A DNA stretch of 32,379 bases from a virus (Duplodnaviria > Caudoviricetes), in IMG/VR virus record IMGVR_UViG_3300011339_000031, positions 1 to 32,379 of that record, one strand, 5' to 3'. Shown here one piece after another: positions 19,057-26,407 of this stretch (the stretch's first letter is position 1; each line of letters opens with the position of its first letter). Position numbers and translations under genes: made by a program. Below the pieces are notes generated by a model. That model was not told the DNA's origin and did no database searches. It was given only the letters and a program-made list of their open reading frames with translations.

Positions 19057-19257
19057 TTACCCCGTTTTCTGATTAGCTGCGCGGGACAAATTACGGCCCA
19101 TACGCATACGGTCATCCGTAGTGGGGCCACCTTTTTTAAGCTTCAGGGTTGTGCCCTTACCGCCCTTGTGTTCTTGCGCGTCATGCTGCTTGAACGCTTT
19201 CTTAATCATGGCCTTGTCTTGCGCCATATCCATCTTCATACTTTCTTTAGCCATCAT
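19057..19257 (-). CDS. Small basic hypothetical protein
   Basis: 66 aa, Lys/Met-rich, LKKGG motif; AGGAG RBS. Confidence 0.7.
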   Translation of the reverse strand: MMAKESMKMDMAQDKAMIKKAFKQHDAQEHKGGKGTTLKLKKGGPTTDDRMRMGRNLSRAANQKTG

Positions 19258-19263
19258 GGACTC

Positions 19264-19653
19264 CTATGAAACCGTTATAGTTACCGTGCCAACACTTGTA
19301 ATCCCAATCAAATAATTAGGCGTTAAAACTGTATCAAAAAAACTAGCCCCACCTACGGGATACCAACCCCATTGGATGTCCCGTGAACCGCCAGCAGGAT
19401 ACCCATTTACATTATTACCCGAAGTCACATACGTTGTGTCCTTCCTTGGATTACGCAGTGCTTGCGGGTCTTCAACAGGGAATGTACCAAGCATTAACTG
19501 CGGCTGGTCTGGATTCCAGCAATCAGGGCATACTAAAAGCTCGTACTTTCGTTGTTTAACTATTTCCGTCTTTAACTTTTTTAGCTTAAATTGAAATCCA
19601 CACCTATCACATTCAGCAATGGCTATTTTGCCAGATGCAAACCGATTAGGCAT
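19264..19653 (-). CDS. Zinc-finger (CxxC...CxxC) hypothetical protein
   Basis: ECDRCG ... VCPDCW..DQPQL..DPQALRNPR. Confidence 0.75.
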   Translation of the reverse strand: MPNRFASGKIAIAECDRCGFQFKLKKLKTEIVKQRKYELLVCPDCWNPDQPQLMLGTFPVEDPQALRNPRKDTTYVTSGNNVNGYPAGGSRDIQWGWYPVGGASFFDTVLTPNYLIGITSVGTVTITVS

Positions 19654-20134
19654 GATTTACTCCAACAGTTTTTGCTGGAGTTTTCATGTTTTGCCTTATA
19701 TCCTGCAATACTTTACGTAAATCTAATCTTGCTTGCATCACTGTTTCTGGCAGTGGGTTTCCGGGTCGTCCATACATTTTGCCATTATCTGCACGCAATG
19801 GATAGTCTAATGCCGCTTGAACTTGAGATTTTTTTACCACTACAAAAGGCTCTACAGCACGTAAAAAATTTAATGCTTCATCATTGCGAGCAATCCATCT
19901 GTACTGTACAGACCAGCGCCGTGAGTTTTCTCCACGGGTTTCTGTTGTTGTAATACTGCCACCAAAATTGCTTAAAAATAACTCTAAACATGGCTTACTT
20001 GTTTGTGTTACTGTGGCATGGAGGCTAGTGCGAAAACCGTGTGTGCATTTAATCTCTTTAGATTTTTCAACCATGACACAGCCTTCTCCGTCAAAGAAGC
20101 CTGCGGCCCATGCAAGGAAAAGCTGGTCATTCAT
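19646..20134 (-). CDS. Single-motif LAGLIDADG homing endonuclease
   Basis: AWAAGFFDGEGC helix, then VTQT, FGGSI, YRW, FLRAVEPFVVVKKSQ. Confidence 0.9.
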   Translation of the reverse strand: MNDQLFLAWAAGFFDGEGCVMVEKSKEIKCTHGFRTSLHATVTQTSKPCLELFLSNFGGSITTTETRGENSRRWSVQYRWIARNDEALNFLRAVEPFVVVKKSQVQAALDYPLRADNGKMYGRPGNPLPETVMQARLDLRKVLQDIRQNMKTPAKTVGVNHA

Positions 20135-21063
20135 TAGTATCCCCCGCCGATAAATTGCTGTCTTGGAACTAAACGTATAGCTGCCTTCTCACGATCTTCA
20201 TCGGCGGCTAACTGCCAAGCTTCATCATATTGAGATTTTAAAATTTGCAAGCGATCCATGCCACCGGGTACTTTTTGGGCTACGTAGTATGCTAGTCCTG
20301 CAATCATGCAAGGCAAGAATCTAAATGGCACATCCATTGTATTTACGCCGCCACCAGCATCATTAACCCGGCGCATACGCCAGTAGACAAATTGGTAGGT
20401 TGTAGAGTTATCTGGTGTAGGCCAGAGCGTCACTCTTGGAATGTTTTGAATAGCTACTGCATCACCAGATGAATGGGAAACAGCAGTGGTATTGTTCTGC
20501 CCACGGGCGCAACTATATAGGGTATTCCCTGATATGTACCCGTAGTAAATGGTTTCTGTGCCAACCAATATATAGCCTGTAGCTGGCAAACTAACAGCAG
20601 ATGTTACAGAAATAGTGGTATCTGTAGCTGTAATAGCAGCGCTCAGCGTAGTAATAGAGGCTGTAGTCTGCCCATCAAGCCGTTGAAACCACATTTGAAT
20701 TGGGCGGGCTTGTTGAAGTTTATTGGGGATCGTAGCGTAGGTGCTAACACTAATCCGGGTAATAGTCAGGTCAGCTTGAGTAGATGCTGTATTAGAGCCA
20801 GTACGAATTACATGCTCTAGTAGGTCTACTGTGTCGTTAGGAATTGGATAAGTGTTTAACCCCGGAACTAGATTAATAGTACCCTGCTCAAACGTCCACA
20901 TGTTAACGCCACGGTTTGCCCAGTCAGCAAACATGATATTAAGACTACGCCGTGCGGTACGTAAATCGTATCCCGTGCGTAATTCGGAACCGGCACGTTC
21001 AAATGCTTCCTCGACTATTTCGCTCAAATCAAGGTTGAATGTAGCTGTTCCCGAAGTGGTCAT
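20134..21063 (-). CDS. Adaptor/neck-like structural protein with inserted beta domain
   Basis: IVEEAFERAG..TARRSLN..WANRG and VPFRFLPCMIAGLAYY; internal TTLSAAITATDTTISV..ARGQNNTTA insert. Confidence 0.6.
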   Translation of the reverse strand: MTTSGTATFNLDLSEIVEEAFERAGSELRTGYDLRTARRSLNIMFADWANRGVNMWTFEQGTINLVPGLNTYPIPNDTVDLLEHVIRTGSNTASTQADLTITRISVSTYATIPNKLQQARPIQMWFQRLDGQTTASITTLSAAITATDTTISVTSAVSLPATGYILVGTETIYYGYISGNTLYSCARGQNNTTAVSHSSGDAVAIQNIPRVTLWPTPDNSTTYQFVYWRMRRVNDAGGGVNTMDVPFRFLPCMIAGLAYYVAQKVPGGMDRLQILKSQYDEAWQLAADEDREKAAIRLVPRQQFIGGGY

Positions 21064-21320
21064 TACTTGTTCCTTGCGGCTCTCATATTATCTACAAGAT
21101 TAGGGTAAGGCCGACCAGCAGCTTTAGCCATTGCTTTAGCTTTAGCTTTTTTACTGGAGCTTAGGGCTTTAGGCGCACCTAAATTTTTAGGCCGAGCTTT
21201 ATTCCACACTTCCCCACCTTCAGCATATTGTGTGAAATCAGTATTGTCCCTACGAGGCATGGTCTTGCCTTTAGGCATCTTGGAGGGGGAGATGTCCCCC
21301 ATTCCGCGACTGGCTCTCAT
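21063..21320 (-). CDS. Small basic hypothetical protein
   Basis: MRASRGMG..YAEGG..AGRPYPNLVDNM. Confidence 0.7.
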   Translation of the reverse strand: MRASRGMGDISPSKMPKGKTMPRRDNTDFTQYAEGGEVWNKARPKNLGAPKALSSSKKAKAKAMAKAAGRPYPNLVDNMRAARNK

Positions 21321-21321
21321 A

Positions 21322-21582
21322 TCAACACGCCTTGCCGCCGTAGTTCATGCTAATCATCGTACCTTTGGTTTTGCCACGTTCAGCACAACCATCGGCACGG
21401 CTAGACGCAGACCCGCCTTTAGCCATTTTTTTAACAGGAGGATTTACAAAACCACGACCAGCGCCCGCGCCTGCCGGAGCTTCTTCTGTTGAAGTCATAG
21501 ACTCCATGTATGGTTTTTCTGCTTTAGATGCTGCTGCATCTTTACGCATATCTTCAATTTCTTGTTTAGATGGACGGCTCAT
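21322..21582 (-). CDS. Small protein with MAKGG / RADGxAxRGKTKG module
   Basis: C-terminal module shared with 21592-22182 and 22193-22579. Confidence 0.75.
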   Translation of the reverse strand: MSRPSKQEIEDMRKDAAASKAEKPYMESMTSTEEAPAGAGAGRGFVNPPVKKMAKGGSASSRADGCAERGKTKGTMISMNYGGKAC

Positions 21583-21591
21583 GATTTTTCC

Positions 21592-22182
21592 TTAACACAT
21601 TTTGCCTTTGGTCTTGCCACGTTGGGCAATACCATCAGCACGTTTAGACGCAGAACTTACAGAACCGCCAGAAGCCATTTTCTTGACTGCTCCACCTTTT
21701 GCATATTCACTGCCGCCACGACGAGTGCCTTTAAGCATATTTTTAATATCTGCAATAGCTCCACCATACATATCAACACCACGGCCTTGATCCATCACAG
21801 TGCCTTGACCACGAGGACGCATTTTATTTCGACCTTCGTTGCTAGATATAGGAGCTTCTTGTCCGGGGCGTATAGGCATACGAGCCAATGCAGGAGCAGA
21901 GTCGCCACGACGGGTCAAGCCTTGCTGTTTGTTCAGGTAGTCGCGCAAGTTAAGGCCAGAAGCAGCAAGTTGTTCTTTGGTGACCATAGGCGTGCGTTTT
22001 TCAACCGGGGCTACTGCCATGCTAGTACGTTTACCTTCATTTCCCATATCAGCAGAACGAGAAGACAAAACTTCTTCATCCATAGTAGGCGCAGCTTTGC
22101 CTGCCGAACGCTCTTCAGCAGCAGCACGAATTTGTTCGTCTACTGAATCTTCATCTTCATAAACGGGACGAGATATAGCCAT
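21592..22182 (-). CDS. Disordered protein with MASGG / RADGIAQRGKTKG module
   Basis: AAGGAG RBS; shared C-terminal module. Confidence 0.75.
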   Translation of the reverse strand: MAISRPVYEDEDSVDEQIRAAAEERSAGKAAPTMDEEVLSSRSADMGNEGKRTSMAVAPVEKRTPMVTKEQLAASGLNLRDYLNKQQGLTRRGDSAPALARMPIRPGQEAPISSNEGRNKMRPRGQGTVMDQGRGVDMYGGAIADIKNMLKGTRRGGSEYAKGGAVKKMASGGSVSSASKRADGIAQRGKTKGKMC

Positions 22183-22192
22183 GATTTACTCC

Positions 22193-22579
22193 TTAGCAGG
22201 CCATGCCGCCGCGTTTCATAACAATGTCTTTGCCTTTGGTTTTGCCTTTAGAAGCAATACCATCTGCACTCTTATGACCAGATGCAAGACCGCCAGAGGC
22301 CATCTTTTTAGTCATGCCACCTTTTTTCATTCCAGTGGCTTCAGCCATTTCATGCTTCATCATAGACGCAGGAGCGCCTTTTTTCTTCATGAAAGAAACT
22401 TCTTTTTTCATCATTGCTTTAGATTCAGCCATATCACCACCTTTAGAAAATTTGCGGCCCTTGTCCGCAGTTGTGAAATCTTTTCCCACAGACTGCGGGA
22501 TTCCTACTTTCTTGGCAAACGCTGGCGAGTGGGCTATCGCAGCCATGAAATTGTGTTGTTTTTTGCTAGTTGAGGGCAC
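22193..22579 (-). CDS. Lys/Met-rich basic protein with repeated xxGG and ADGIASKGKTKG module
   Basis: AAGGAG RBS; four xxGG motifs. Confidence 0.75.
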   Translation of the reverse strand: MPSTSKKQHNFMAAIAHSPAFAKKVGIPQSVGKDFTTADKGRKFSKGGDMAESKAMMKKEVSFMKKKGAPASMMKHEMAEATGMKKGGMTKKMASGGLASGHKSADGIASKGKTKGKDIVMKRGGMAC

Positions 22580-22814
22580 TTCGTTGCTCCTTCATAAATG
22601 AATCAAGCTTTTCATCTAGCCGGTCAAGCCGGGCAAGAACACGGTTAATGTCTGCGTGCATATCATTTTTAGTTACAAACTTATCTGCATGTTCTTCACG
22701 AGTTTTACTAATAAGAATACCAAGCCTCTTTACTTCATCGTGAGAAACTTTTACCCATAGCAATAAAGCCGCTGATACAAATGACAAAAAAACATTCCAG
22801 ATTGGGAGTTCCAT
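22566..22814 (-). CDS. Membrane-anchored coiled-coil protein (82 aa)
   Basis: Start moved to ATG 22814 (MELPIWNVFLSFVSAALLLW), 1 nt after the upstream stop; TM helix followed by a coiled coil. Confidence 0.7.
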   Translation of the reverse strand: MELPIWNVFLSFVSAALLLWVKVSHDEVKRLGILISKTREEHADKFVTKNDMHADINRVLARLDRLDEKLDSFMKEQRSALN

Positions 22815-22815
22815 A

Positions 22816-23271
22816 TTAACAGTTCCACGCCCGTAAGCTCTTATTGATACGAGAGTTCGGGTCTTTCGCCGTTTTCTCGCGGTAGGCATCCCACTCTGGC
22901 GCATCCGCTGATGCGTATAAGTATTGTGCCGCAAATTCCAACAACATAGGATCATCCCTGAAATGACCTAAACCCCGATTGCAATGGTTGCAAAGCATAC
23001 CCCGAACTTTACCGGTAATATGGTCATGATCTACAACCAAAGCATCTTCTACCCCGCAAATAACGCATTGCTTTACTGAGGCTTTTATTTCTTTAAGCAC
23101 TTCATCAGGCATTACTGCGCGATGCTTACCTCTGCAATTTTCACTTCGGTAGGTAGCACGGCATTCTCTGCACCAACTATCCAAACCATTGCGTTTTTTG
23201 TTGTGCAATGGAAAAGCTTCAGCCGTTGCAGGCTTATCTACTTTACAACGAGTACAAGTTAACAGTTCCAT
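22816..23271 (-). CDS. Endonuclease VII-like (His-Me) homing endonuclease fused to the displaced C-terminus of the upstream gene
   Basis: CTRC..CREC zinc motif and CVICG..LVVDHDHITGKVRGMLCNHCNRGLG core. The last 19 aa duplicate the upstream gene's end. Confidence 0.9.
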   Translation of the reverse strand: MELLTCTRCKVDKPATAEAFPLHNKKRNGLDSWCRECRATYRSENCRGKHRAVMPDEVLKEIKASVKQCVICGVEDALVVDHDHITGKVRGMLCNHCNRGLGHFRDDPMLLEFAAQYLYASADAPEWDAYREKTAKDPNSRINKSLRAWNC

Positions 23272-23318
23272 GCTTTTAATGCCAAGTTAATTCTGGACTT
23301 TGGATCGTTCGCTGTTTT
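22816..23318 (-). repeat. Diverged direct repeat of a 20-codon gene end (22816-22875 and 23259-23318) bracketing the endonuclease
   Basis: KTAKDPNSRINKSLRAWNC* versus KTANDPKSRINLALKAWNC*: 14/19 aa identical, and 8 of those 14 use different codons. Confidence 0.92.
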
Positions 23319-23504
23319 TGCACTCGTCAACTTCTTTTTGGCCCCACCCATCCTTGCACAAAAGGAGTCGCGCCTGCTGCCGCCTTCCGGCTGGGGAGGT
23401 TTCAAGTTCATGCCTTGCGCTTTTGCTGAGGCGCGTCCCTTGGCGTTCAAGCCACCCTTGGGGTTTTTGCCTTCCTTGCGCGTCCATGCTGGTGTCTTAG
23501 CCAT
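23259..23504 (-). CDS. Small basic phage protein (AWTRKEGKNPKGGLN..SFCARM..WNC)
   Basis: Intact 81-aa ORF overlapping both neighbours. Confidence 0.8.
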   Translation of the reverse strand: MAKTPAWTRKEGKNPKGGLNAKGRASAKAQGMNLKPPQPEGGSRRDSFCARMGGAKKKLTSAKTANDPKSRINLALKAWNC

Positions 23505-24240
23505 TTGCTACTTTAAGTTTAAGCCGTGCATGTTCCTTAAGAAGCGGCTGCAAGGCATCTTGTTCAAAGTTACGGGTAAATTCTTTCGAGCCTATGTGTG
23601 GCAAGCTAATCATTGGATCTAAATAAATTTTAAATCCTTCCTCACGAGCGCGACGGCAGAAGGCGTAGTCCTCGCCAATGTACTGCCCGTCAATCAACAG
23701 GAAGTCAAAGATAGCGTACTCATCTTCGCCATCACCATCCCCGGCGTAACGCCACTCTGGATGTTTCTCCATCATGTGGTCAATCACATGGCGGCGGATA
23801 AGCATAAATCCTGTGGGCGCACTCTCTACACGCATCAGGCCATTCTCATCAAACTCTAGCTGGTTATTTTCATCCAAGTAGAAATCAAGGAAGAACTTGG
23901 CATCGTCTGCACGGCGCGGATATGTACCAGCAACCACATCTTTGTCGGATGACAGCGCCAGCAACCGGGTTACAGCTTCTACGTTAATAACCACATCTGC
24001 GTCTACAAATAGCAAATCAGTGCAGTCAGTTTCAGTGAAGTTGCGTACCAGCTTATTACGCGCTTTGGAAATGATAGAGCAGCCAGACAGGTGAACCAGA
24101 TGAATCTGGACACCCATCTTGTCCAACTTGGGGACGAGTTGGGCTATGGCAAACGCAGTCCTGATATTGACTTTGCCGTCATAGCACGGAATAGCAAGCA
24201 TAAGCTTGCGTCCCACCAAGTTAAAGCTCTTATCAGCCAT
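23497..24240 (-). CDS. GT-A fold glycosyltransferase-like protein
   Basis: LMLAIPCY, ISKARN, LLFVDADV (DxD), TGFMLIRR, GEDYAFC, LPHIG. Confidence 0.8.
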   Translation of the reverse strand: MADKSFNLVGRKLMLAIPCYDGKVNIRTAFAIAQLVPKLDKMGVQIHLVHLSGCSIISKARNKLVRNFTETDCTDLLFVDADVVINVEAVTRLLALSSDKDVVAGTYPRRADDAKFFLDFYLDENNQLEFDENGLMRVESAPTGFMLIRRHVIDHMMEKHPEWRYAGDGDGEDEYAIFDFLLIDGQYIGEDYAFCRRAREEGFKIYLDPMISLPHIGSKEFTRNFEQDALQPLLKEHARLKLKVANG

Positions 24241-24739
24241 AGAAAATATTGCAGTAAGCTATGTTAGACATATACGCATAGATTCCGTTAACGGCTATTA
24301 CACCATCGCTAGGAATAAATGGGGCGTTGTTGTACGTATCCGCTGCTGCTACGTCATACGACATTAACCACCGGCTTGCGTAGACCATTGCAGGGCTTGC
24401 CGTAATAGTGCCAGAGTTGATGTCTGTAACGGTGAACGTGCTTGAGTTCGTAACAGTGACTACGTAGTTTCCATTGGTAGCTGTGCCACCTGTGCCTGCT
24501 GCAAAGTCAATGCCAATTACATCCCCAGTCGCCAATCCGTGTGCGGATTGAGTAACGGTTACTGTAGTGCCTGAACGTCCGTAGGTAGCTGTGGTTACTG
24601 GGACAGTGGTTGTATCAAACAACGCAACAAATCCCGCAGTGGCTGTTCCGGTAAAAGAAATACCCCTAACGCGATTGCGCCCAAGCACCATGAACCCGCT
24701 GCCGTTTAAATGTGCCTGTTTTACAGGTGTCTGATTCAT
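24233..24739 (-). CDS. Beta-rich virion protein with inserted small domain
   Basis: ATG 24739 after TAGGAG; TVTVTQSAHGLATGD..NGNYVVTV..TFTV insert. Confidence 0.6.
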   Translation of the reverse strand: MNQTPVKQAHLNGSGFMVLGRNRVRGISFTGTATAGFVALFDTTTVPVTTATYGRSGTTVTVTQSAHGLATGDVIGIDFAAGTGGTATNGNYVVTVTNSSTFTVTDINSGTITASPAMVYASRWLMSYDVAAADTYNNAPFIPSDGVIAVNGIYAYMSNIAYCNIFYG

Positions 24740-24757
24740 AATCAATCTCCTATGAAG

Positions 24758-24775
24758 CAGGGGCCGAAGCCCCTG
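24758..24775 (-). other. Stable cUUCGg hairpin (CAGGGGC-TTCG-GCCCCTG) without U-tract
   Basis: 7-bp GC-rich stem in the intergenic gap just upstream of the next RBS. Confidence 0.7.
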
Positions 24776-24782
24776 AGATTAA

Positions 24783-25316
24783 TTACTGTTGACCCGGAGC
24801 AGGAGATTGCGCTCCAGTAGAGTCAGCAACAGCATACACAATCGTGTACTGAACAGTACCTGCGGTTACATCAGCAACAGTAGGAGTCAATGCTGCTTGA
24901 ATAATTACATCCGTAGCACCAATACCAATACCGTTAGGAGATGCGGTGCTTGCTGCGCCCGCCCAGTTAACCAGCTTGGAAGCTGCATTGGTATTAGCCA
25001 AGCGGCCTTGAGCGGTAATGTCCGAAGAGGCCCAGAACAAATTGGTAGTAGCAGAAGTGCCAATAACTACGTTAGCTGCGGTAGAACCAGTAAAAGCTAC
25101 CAAGGTATCAATAAAAATATTAATAATTTGTGCGCCTGCTGGCAACGTAAACAGAGTTGTAGTAGCAGTGGCTGCGGCTACAGTGCCGGTATAAACTACT
25201 TTTTTAGTCTGGGAAACAGTGGCAGTGCCGGTGTTTTGGATTGTGCCAGCAGTAGTGCCGGTGGTGTTTTTAACCGTGCCAAGCAGCCAAGGGCCGAGAT
25301 GAGTTGCAAATCCCAT
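24783..25316 (-). CDS. Structural protein following the major capsid gene (Thr/Ala-rich)
   Basis: Start moved to ATG 25316 (MGFATHLGPW) after AAGGA; LPAGAQI motif. Confidence 0.7.
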   Translation of the reverse strand: MGFATHLGPWLLGTVKNTTGTTAGTIQNTGTATVSQTKKVVYTGTVAAATATTTLFTLPAGAQIINIFIDTLVAFTGSTAANVVIGTSATTNLFWASSDITAQGRLANTNAASKLVNWAGAASTASPNGIGIGATDVIIQAALTPTVADVTAGTVQYTIVYAVADSTGAQSPAPGQQ

Positions 25317-25324
25317 GATAGATG

Positions 25325-25399
25325 TCCTTACATACAAGTGGAGTGCATCAATCGGTATGTCGTCTGCCGGGACAGTTTGATGCACCGGAAAGCCCGGAT
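25325..25399 (-). ncRNA. Candidate structured cis-regulatory leader RNA (possible pseudoknots)
   Basis: 9-bp stem GTGCATCAA/TTGATGCAC, inner hairpin CTG-TCCCGG-CAG, and extra pairings ACATAC/GTATGT (abutting the RBS) and CCGGG/CCCGG. Confidence 0.5.
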
Positions 25400-25406
25400 T
25401 AGCTGC

Positions 25407-25436
25407 AATATATCACAGTTTTAAACTGTTGTGCAA
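25407..25436 (-). promoter_or_regulatory. Sigma70-like promoter TTGCAC-18nt-TATATT with extended -10 TG and palindromic spacer
   Basis: -35 at 25436-25431, -10 at 25412-25407, palindrome ACAGTTT-N-AAACTGT at 25415-25429. Confidence 0.6.
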
Positions 25437-25465
25437 ATAAAAAAAGGCCCCCGAAGGAGCCTTTT
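25437..25465 (-). terminator. Rho-independent terminator after the major capsid gene
   Basis: AAAAGGCTCC-TTCG-GGGGCCTTTTTTTATTT on the minus strand. Confidence 0.88.
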
Positions 25466-25488
25466 CAGCAGGGGTTAACCCTAGCTTA

Positions 25489-26397
25489 TTAGGATCCCGG
25501 CGAACCAAAGATGCCTAGTGGGTCAGACACGCCGAAGCTGTAACGCTCACGAGCCTTGTAGCGGACATTGCCTGTATCGAAGTCTCCATCCATTGAGTTA
25601 GCCAGCGGTGTACGCACAAAGTGCTTCAAACCGTTAGGTACATCAGTGGTCAGGAACCATCCATTGGTGTCGGTCAAGAAGTGGTTAACAGTGTAACCAC
25701 CGGGGATTGAACCATTGTTCTTCAGTGCGTTAATATCGTTGTCGGTAGTGCCAACACGGAGGCTGGTTTCCAACAGACGGGTAGCAACGAACATCAGAGA
25801 TGGAGGGACAACCAGCTTAGCGGGCTTAGCTGCAATCAGCAAACCGCGCTCGTCTGTCCAACCAGCGATCTGAATAACTGCGTTTTCCAACGAAGTCTCA
25901 TTCAGGTCAGCGCCAGTGGAAGGACGGTTGCTGTTAGTGCCACCAGAAATCAGCGGATGTGCTGTGTTGCATAAAGACACGCCATCGCCATAAACGACGG
26001 TAGTGGTAAATGCATTGTTCAACACGTAAGCTGCTTTGACTTGCTTGGTGTAAGCCATACCACGAGCCAGTGCCTTGGTGTAACGAGCAGACAGCGAGTC
26101 ATACAAGTTATCTTCCACAGCTTCTTCAGTAATGGAGAAGCCAAGGGCAATGGTTTCATGGTTGTAACGAGCAGTCCATGCTTCCTGTGCATTATCGTAC
26201 TGAATGGCAGAGCCTTCATTTTTGACAGGTGCAGCAGAGAAACCAGACAGTTTCGTTTCTTCTTCAAAGCTACGCTCCGACGTTTCGGTTTCGTAGATTT
26301 CTTTATGCTCTTCGCCGTATTTAGCGTACTCCAGACCAAACAGAGCGTTCAGTCCGGGGAGCAGTTCTTTAAGTAGTTGTGCGCGTGAAATAGCCAT
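25489..26397 (-). CDS. Major capsid protein
   Basis: 302 aa, MAISRAQLLKELLPGLNALFG..ITEEAVEDNLY..GNVRYKARERYSFG. Follows scaffold and decoration genes, has a strong RBS and is followed by a terminator. Confidence 0.9.
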   Translation of the reverse strand: MAISRAQLLKELLPGLNALFGLEYAKYGEEHKEIYETETSERSFEEETKLSGFSAAPVKNEGSAIQYDNAQEAWTARYNHETIALGFSITEEAVEDNLYDSLSARYTKALARGMAYTKQVKAAYVLNNAFTTTVVYGDGVSLCNTAHPLISGGTNSNRPSTGADLNETSLENAVIQIAGWTDERGLLIAAKPAKLVVPPSLMFVATRLLETSLRVGTTDNDINALKNNGSIPGGYTVNHFLTDTNGWFLTTDVPNGLKHFVRTPLANSMDGDFDTGNVRYKARERYSFGVSDPLGIFGSPGS

Positions 26398-26407
26398 GAT
26401 TTACTCC

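Noticed and set aside
24758-24775. Intrinsic terminator
   Set aside because: Strong hairpin but no U-tract, so it is kept only as a stable hairpin.
4563-25385. Longer starts given by the ORF track (4593, 5242, 6009, 9740, 10240, 22955, 24745, 25385)
   Set aside because: Downstream ATGs have better RBS or stop-start coupling, and most extensions overlap other genes or regulatory DNA.
25325-25399. Hammerhead or HDV-like ribozyme
   Set aside because: It has CAGACGA rather than CUGANGA, no GAAA core, and the helix order does not match the HDV fold.
25415-25429. LexA SOS box
   Set aside because: Half-sites are in the opposite orientation (ACAG-N7-CTGT) to the CTGT-N8-ACAG consensus.
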